A stretch of 62,624 nt of DNA, filler included, from Rhabdomonas costata (taxonomy: Eukaryota): NCBI GenBank assembly GCA_019059605.1. It is 43 parts of 43 records of this genome, joined end to end, with 100 filler letters (N's around TTAATTAATTAA, not from the genome) between each part and the next. Parts side by side here need not be neighbours in the genome. Positions count along the whole stretch, not along the records: positions 61,267 to 62,624 come from JAHMHO010018316.1; 42 more parts are not named here. One strand, written 5' to 3'. Of this stretch, positions 62,249 to 62,624 are shown piece by piece. The position numbers and the translations under genes were made by a program. The notes under the pieces were generated by a model that worked only from the letters and a program-made list of their open reading frames with translations, did no database searches and was not told where the DNA came from. Numbering within the stretch: position 1 is the first letter of the stretch; every line of letters starts with the position of its first letter.

Positions 62249-62624
62249 GAGATTCGCAAAACAGCTTCCACTGCTGCCGCGCAGCGGCGCTGGATCTGAC
62301 ACGAGGCCACCGCGGCGGCTCGCCGAGGCCTTCCTCTGGAGATTCTGGCGGAGAAGGTCCCCCCGGAGTGTCTTCCACACAATACCGATGCAGTAGTGCC
62401 AGGCACCTCTGCGACGAAAAAGAATACATTGGGCAATGTTCAACCACACAGTTCTGCCGCAGTGGGGATTTGGTGGAACACCACCGAACGTCGGTTAGAA
62501 CGTAAACCTGCATCACAGCGTGCATACGCACAAGCAAACCAATCAGCACTGCAAAGCACTGCACTCAAGGGAACAAGGCAACACCCAAACACCTCAAGCA
62601 CTGCAACCTATCAACTCCAACAAC

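Overview
This is not one locus. It is a pseudo-scaffold of 43 unrelated contigs of about 1.36 kb each, joined by 42 artificial 100-nt linkers (N44-TTAATTAATTAA-N44), so neighbouring contigs carry no linkage information. The DNA is intron-rich eukaryotic nuclear sequence in the standard genetic code. It is probably from a protist; a euglenid/euglenozoan origin is inferred from relaxed GT-N-Y-G and GC splice donors, cyclase-like exons and CCCTAA repeats. Pure G/T contig starts, pure A/C contig ends and terminal fold-backs point to primer-based whole-genome amplification. Splicing exons by eye gives fragments of POLQ, Raptor, CEP164, XRCC3, a SAPS/PP6R subunit, MROH1-like, ASTE1/FAM120-like, an RBR E3 ligase, a Qb-SNARE, a 5'-nucleotidase, a family-16 methyltransferase, a CPR-type diflavin reductase, a GT-A-like protein, FAMeT, VWD, REJ, HEAT and EF-hand domains, two cyclase-like proteins and an RRM/RS protein missed by the ORF track. 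Decayed Merlin/IS1595, LTR gag-protease and probable LINE relics are also present. No multi-gene novel system can be supported. The best leads are an intron-containing MASE3-sensor histidine kinase, an R-S-E ADP-ribosyltransferase fused to ankyrin-like repeats, and an apparently high rate of GC-AG introns. All family calls come from motif recognition, not database searches.
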